Origin: an uncultured delta proteobacterium
GTDB taxonomy: Bacteria > Myxococcota_A > Polyangia > Fen-1088
Direction: 5' to 3'
Assembly (NCBI GenBank): GCA_963767925.1
Contig: CAVYGB010000002.1
Coordinates: 992,001 to 1,056,000, forward strand
Length of the DNA stretch: 64,000 bases
A program made the translations under genes and the position numbers. Each line of letters starts with the position of its first letter. Position 1 is the stretch's first letter. The notes under the pieces are model-generated. The model worked only from the letters and a program-made list of their open reading frames with translations. It had not been told where the DNA came from and searched no databases. Of this stretch, positions 60,229-64,000 are shown piece after piece.

Positions 60229-60461
60229 GACGGCGAAACCTCCGTGGGTGGGTGGTGGGCCGCGTTCGGCCCGCCTCGTTGTCGAGCCTCCCTATCGCAG
60301 GTCTCATGCCAACCCCCTACATCCGGGGCGAAGGCCGAAGATCCCGGAATCATGGGGACAACGGCCGTCTAACCCGACGGGCGACCGCGGCGAGCCGGGC
60401 GACGGAGCCCGGCGAATCACGTGACTCGCCCGCGAAGCACGCGGGGAATCCCGGAGGCCGC

Positions 60462-60986
60462 TCAGGCGGAGTGGGACGCGGCGGCCGGGCGGCGAAAGCG
60501 CGCTCGGAGGGTATCGACGGCCCGGTGCAAGGCCGCGCGCTCGAGGCGCGGCGTGCTGGGCGGCAGGTGGGCGAGCTGCAGGTCGAGCGCCGGCTGCAGG
60601 TCACCGAACACGTGGTGGGGGAACGGCACGCGCGCCAGCATCATCAGACCGGCGGCGATGCCCCGGACCGCGGCCGCCCGGAAGCCGTGCCCCTCGAACA
60701 CCAGGCTCGAGCAGCGGATGTGGCCCGCCCCCGCCTTCAGCATCTTGTTCAGCTCGGCCCGGGCCTCCGCCCGCAGCGCGGGGTGGCGCTCGCCGACCAC
60801 CTGCACGAGGCCGATCCCCGCCGGGAACTGCGCCCCCAGGCGGGTCAACATGTCGGTCACCATGCGCAGGGCCTCGGTCTGGGTGTCGTTGTCCCAGACC
60901 ACGATGGCCACGTTGTGGAAGGTGCCGGCGATGCAGTGCACGTCCCCGTAGACCACCCTGGGCAGGCTGGGATTCGTGGCGCTCAC
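60462..60986 (-). CDS. Hypothetical protein, STAS/SEC14-like alpha/beta domain
   Basis: Pattern IVVW...GLVQVV...AR....LVFEG.GF.AA.VR...VF; GGAGG RBS. Confidence 0.6.
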   Translation of the reverse strand: MSATNPSLPRVVYGDVHCIAGTFHNVAIVVWDNDTQTEALRMVTDMLTRLGAQFPAGIGLVQVVGERHPALRAEARAELNKMLKAGAGHIRCSSLVFEGHGFRAAAVRGIAAGLMMLARVPFPHHVFGDLQPALDLQLAHLPPSTPRLERAALHRAVDTLRARFRRPAAASHSA

Positions 60987-61058
60987 ACGTGCCTCCACCC
61001 TCCCGATCGGCCGGTGCGCCAGCGGGCTTGAGGTGGCGCGGGGCGCGCCCGCAGAGTG

Positions 61059-62117
61059 TCAGGGGGTGAGGGCGAAGCAGTAGATGCCGCCGTAGCCGCC
61101 GCCCGATCCCACGACCGGGTTCGAGAGCACAGGGCCGCCGCCCTTGACCAGGTTGATGCCCGAGCCGCAGCCGGCCTCGTCGAGGTTCGAGATCCAGCTC
61201 TGCACGCCCCGGGGCCAGGACATCCCGCAGCGCGGGCGGCCGGCCGTGGGCACCCGGGTGGTCCAGTCCTGGCAGGTGCTGCGCGGGTCCATGCTGAACA
61301 GGGTCCCGTCGCGGTCCGATCCGGTCATCGTGTGGTGGTTGTCGACGGTCCCCTGCCCAGGGTCGGGGCGGTGGTTGGGCACGCCGTTTTCGTTCGGCAG
61401 GTCGTTGATGATGGCCGGGTGGGCGCCGCGGGGGCGGGTCTGCACCAGGTCGGCCTTGTTCATCGCCACCAGCCGGCCCAGCCGGTCGTACCAGGGGCCC
61501 TCGCCCACCCGATCGATGGCGTTGACCGGCCCGCCGCCGGGTCCACCTTTCGTGGTGCTGAGGAAGGCGCGCCAGGCCTTCTGCCCGGCGCCGGCCATCC
61601 CGACCTCGGCGGCCTGGCGGCAGATCTCGTCGGCTCCCGTGAGCCCGTCGGGCTTGCCGAAGGTGAGGTCGCCGCCGAAGCCGTTGGGGCTGCCCGACAG
61701 CCGGCGCATCACCGACAGGCTGGTCACGAAGAAGCTGAAGCGCGGCAGGTTGGCGGCGGCCGCGGTGTCGCCGCCCGCCCCATCGGGCGTGCGGGCGTCG
61801 CTGGCCCGCGCGCTGTCGCTGCCGCGCGCGTCGGCGGGCCGGCTGCCGCCCGCGCCGCCGCTGCCCCCGCTGCCGCTCCCGCCGCTGCCCCCGGTCGCGC
61901 TGCCGCCCGCTCCCCCCGTCGCGCTGCCGCCCGCGCCGCCGGTCGCGCTGCCCCCGCTGCCCCCGGTGGCGCTGCCGCCCCGGCCGCCGGTCGCGCTGCC
62001 CCCCGTGCCCCCCGTGCCGCCGGTGTCGGGATCGGAGCCGCAGCCGAGCAGGCCGCTGGCCAGGGCGAGAGCGAAGGCGATCGCGGTGGGGCGGGCGGGG
62101 GTGCAAGCTCGTCGCAT
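61059..62117 (-). CDS. Gly-rich lipoprotein with C-terminal endostatin/DUF1554-like lectin-fold domain
   Basis: Lipobox LLGC; (GGxGGSAT)n linker; FFVTS, GL.GAD.IC, WRAFLS, TC.DWT and IYCFA. Confidence 0.75.
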   Translation of the reverse strand: MRRACTPARPTAIAFALALASGLLGCGSDPDTGGTGGTGGSATGGRGGSATGGSGGSATGGAGGSATGGAGGSATGGSGGSGSGGSGGAGGSRPADARGSDSARASDARTPDGAGGDTAAAANLPRFSFFVTSLSVMRRLSGSPNGFGGDLTFGKPDGLTGADEICRQAAEVGMAGAGQKAWRAFLSTTKGGPGGGPVNAIDRVGEGPWYDRLGRLVAMNKADLVQTRPRGAHPAIINDLPNENGVPNHRPDPGQGTVDNHHTMTGSDRDGTLFSMDPRSTCQDWTTRVPTAGRPRCGMSWPRGVQSWISNLDEAGCGSGINLVKGGGPVLSNPVVGSGGGYGGIYCFALTP

Positions 62118-62240
62118 CTGGGCGGCTCCTTGGCGAGAGAGAAGAGTAAAAATGGCCCGCGGCTGACACGCGGGCGTTGCCGGGATGTGGAAAAGGGGGC
62201 ACAGAATACGACAACTCCCCCCCTGGTGTAAGGTCTATCC

Positions 62241-63003
62241 ATGGCAAAGATCGACGAGCTGCGCGGCCGCATCGCCGGCCTGCGGAGCGAGCTCGAGGAC
62301 AAGCTGGCCGCCCTCGTCGAGATCCCCTCGGTCAGCATGGAGCCCGCCCGCCGCCCCGAGATGAACCGCTGCGCGGAGCTGGCCGAGAGCTACCTGCGCG
62401 AGCTCGGCGCCCAGGTCGTCCGCATCGACACGCCCGGCTGCCCGCTGGTGATCGGCCGGCTCGAGCGCGACCCGTCGCTACCGACCGTCACCGTCTACAA
62501 CCACCTCGACGTGCAGCCGGCCGACCCGGCCGAGTGGAAGAGCCCTCCCTTCACCTTCACCCGCGACGGCGACCGCTGGTTTGGCCGCGGCACCACCGAC
62601 GACAAGGGCCCCGCCCTCACCGCGATGTACGGCGCCTGGCTGGCCGCCCAGGACACTCTGCCGATCAACATCCAGTTCCTGTGGGAGCTGGAAGAGGAGA
62701 TCGGCAGCCCCAACTTCGAGGCCGGGCTGCTCTCGGCCCAGGCCCAGGGCTTCACCACCGACTCGGTCGTCGTCTCCGACACGATCTGGCTGTCGGCCGG
62801 TGCTGACCATGCGCCGGCTGCTCGCGGCGCCGATCGTTTTCATGGGCCTGTCGCTGCCCGAACACGGCTACCATGCGGTCGACGAGAACCACGACTGGGA
62901 CCAGGCGTCGGCCGGAGTGGCCATGTTTTACCGGTACTTCCAGGAACTGGGGAATATCGGAACGGTTGCGAAGGCCAGAGCACGCGGTAAGCTGAAGTCA
63001 TGA
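62241..63003 (+). pseudogene. M20/M25/M40 metallopeptidase with the central (dimerisation) region missing and a frame change near 62798
   Basis: YNHLDVQP, GRGTTDDKG, EEEIGS and SDTIW run directly, in another frame, into the C-terminal VLTM...PIVFMGLSLPEHGYHAVDEN. Confidence 0.8.
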
Positions 63004-63501
63004 ACGCCGCAAGCAGTCAGGCCCCCGCGCCGCTCACCAGCGCGACGGCGCTCAAGATCGTCGCTTCCGTGGTCGCCGTGCTCGGCGCCGTCGGAGCCCT
63101 GTTCTACTTATTCGGCCGTTCCTGGGATGGAGTACTACAAGTACGTCGATGAGGTGATGTCGAACCCGTCCACCATGAAGGGCAAGCGCCTGAAGGTGCA
63201 CGGCTACGTGGTCGAGGGCTCGATCATGAAGAAGCGCGACTCGCTCGACTACAAGTTCAAGCTGCAGACCCGCGCCCCGCGCAGCCCCGCCCTCATCGAG
63301 GCGGAGTACCGCGGCCTGGTCCCCGACAACTTCAAGCCTGGCGCCGAGGTGGTCGCCAAGGGCACACTGACCGCCGACAACCGGTTGATGGTGGTCAAAG
63401 ATGGCATCGACGCGAAGTGCCCTTCGAAGTACGAGGCCGGCCCGGGCAAGCTCGACCCCAAGGCCGCCGGGCCCGTCCTCGGCAAGACCGCGCAGAACTG
63501 A
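63000..63501 (+). CDS. ccmE: Cytochrome c maturation heme chaperone CcmE (CxxxY type); apparent +1 frameshift near 63110
   Basis: ATG 63000 and a TM anchor, then YYKYVDEV, G.V..GS, YRG.VPD.FK.G.EVVA.G and AKCPSKY. Removing one T from TACTTATTCG joins the two frames. Confidence 0.88.
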
Positions 63502-63502
63502 C

Positions 63503-64000
63503 CGCCCCGCGCTCGGCTGGGCCCGGCGCGCCCTCGCGCTGTTCGCCGCCACCGCCGCCGCCAGCGGGGCCCAGGCTCAGGCCGACGCCGTGTCGCCGCG
63601 GGCGCTGCGGCTGCACCGCTCGGCGCTGGTGCTCGACACGCACATCGATACGCCCCAGCGCATCCTGATCGAGAAGGTCGACATCGGCCGCCGCCTGCCC
63701 GATGGCCACCTCGACATCCCCCGCATGCGCGAGGGCGGGCTGGACGCCCTGTTCTTCTCGGTCTGGATCGATTCGCCCTTCGAGGGCGGGGCCGCGGTCA
63801 AGCGCACGCTCCAGCTCATCGACGCCATCGACCGGACCATCGCCGCCCACCCGGAGGACCTGGCCCTGGCCACCGGCGCCGGCGAGGTCGAGCGGGCGGT
63901 GCGCGCCGGGAAGATCGCCGCCCTCATGGGCATCGAGGGCGGCCACGCCATCGCCGACGATCTGGCGATGCTGCGCCTCTACCGGAAGCTGGGGGTCAGC
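63503..64000 (+). CDS. Membrane (renal, M19) dipeptidase, truncated by the window end; start codon not evident
   Basis: Signal-like ALALFAATAAASGAQA, then LDTHIDT, GHLDIPRMREGG and MGIEGGH. Confidence 0.88.

Overview
High-GC bacterial chromosome segment that looks myxobacterial (Myxococcota), based on a MYXO-CTERM protein, Gly/Pro-rich lipoproteins and a CxxxY-type CcmE. Housekeeping genes include recQ, def, yebC, a three-gene Sdh1-type succinate dehydrogenase/fumarate reductase, moaB-moaA, Ada/AlkA-ogt, RND and MATE efflux genes, and an ECF sigma/anti-sigma/Spy-like module. Secreted enzymes include GH97, a CE4 deacetylase, a CotH kinase and an amidohydrolase. Main points of interest: (1) an AetD/SktA-like heme-oxygenase-fold diiron enzyme 9 bp from a cytokinin-dehydrogenase-like flavoenzyme, with no halogenase (58.1-60.2 kb); (2) a lower-GC island (about 19.4-26.4 kb) with an IS21 remnant, a Schlafen/AlbA_2-HATPase plus orphan ParA pair, and a possible toxin/adaptor/immunity triplet; (3) many intergenic repeats, including ACGT- and GATC-bearing microsatellites, an 88-bp tandem array next to a multi-hairpin element, and REP/REPIN-like palindromes; (4) an unannotated 38-aa membrane peptide. 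Several genes carry frameshifts or internal deletions, and some of these may be assembly errors. All family calls come from motif recognition by eye; no searches were run.
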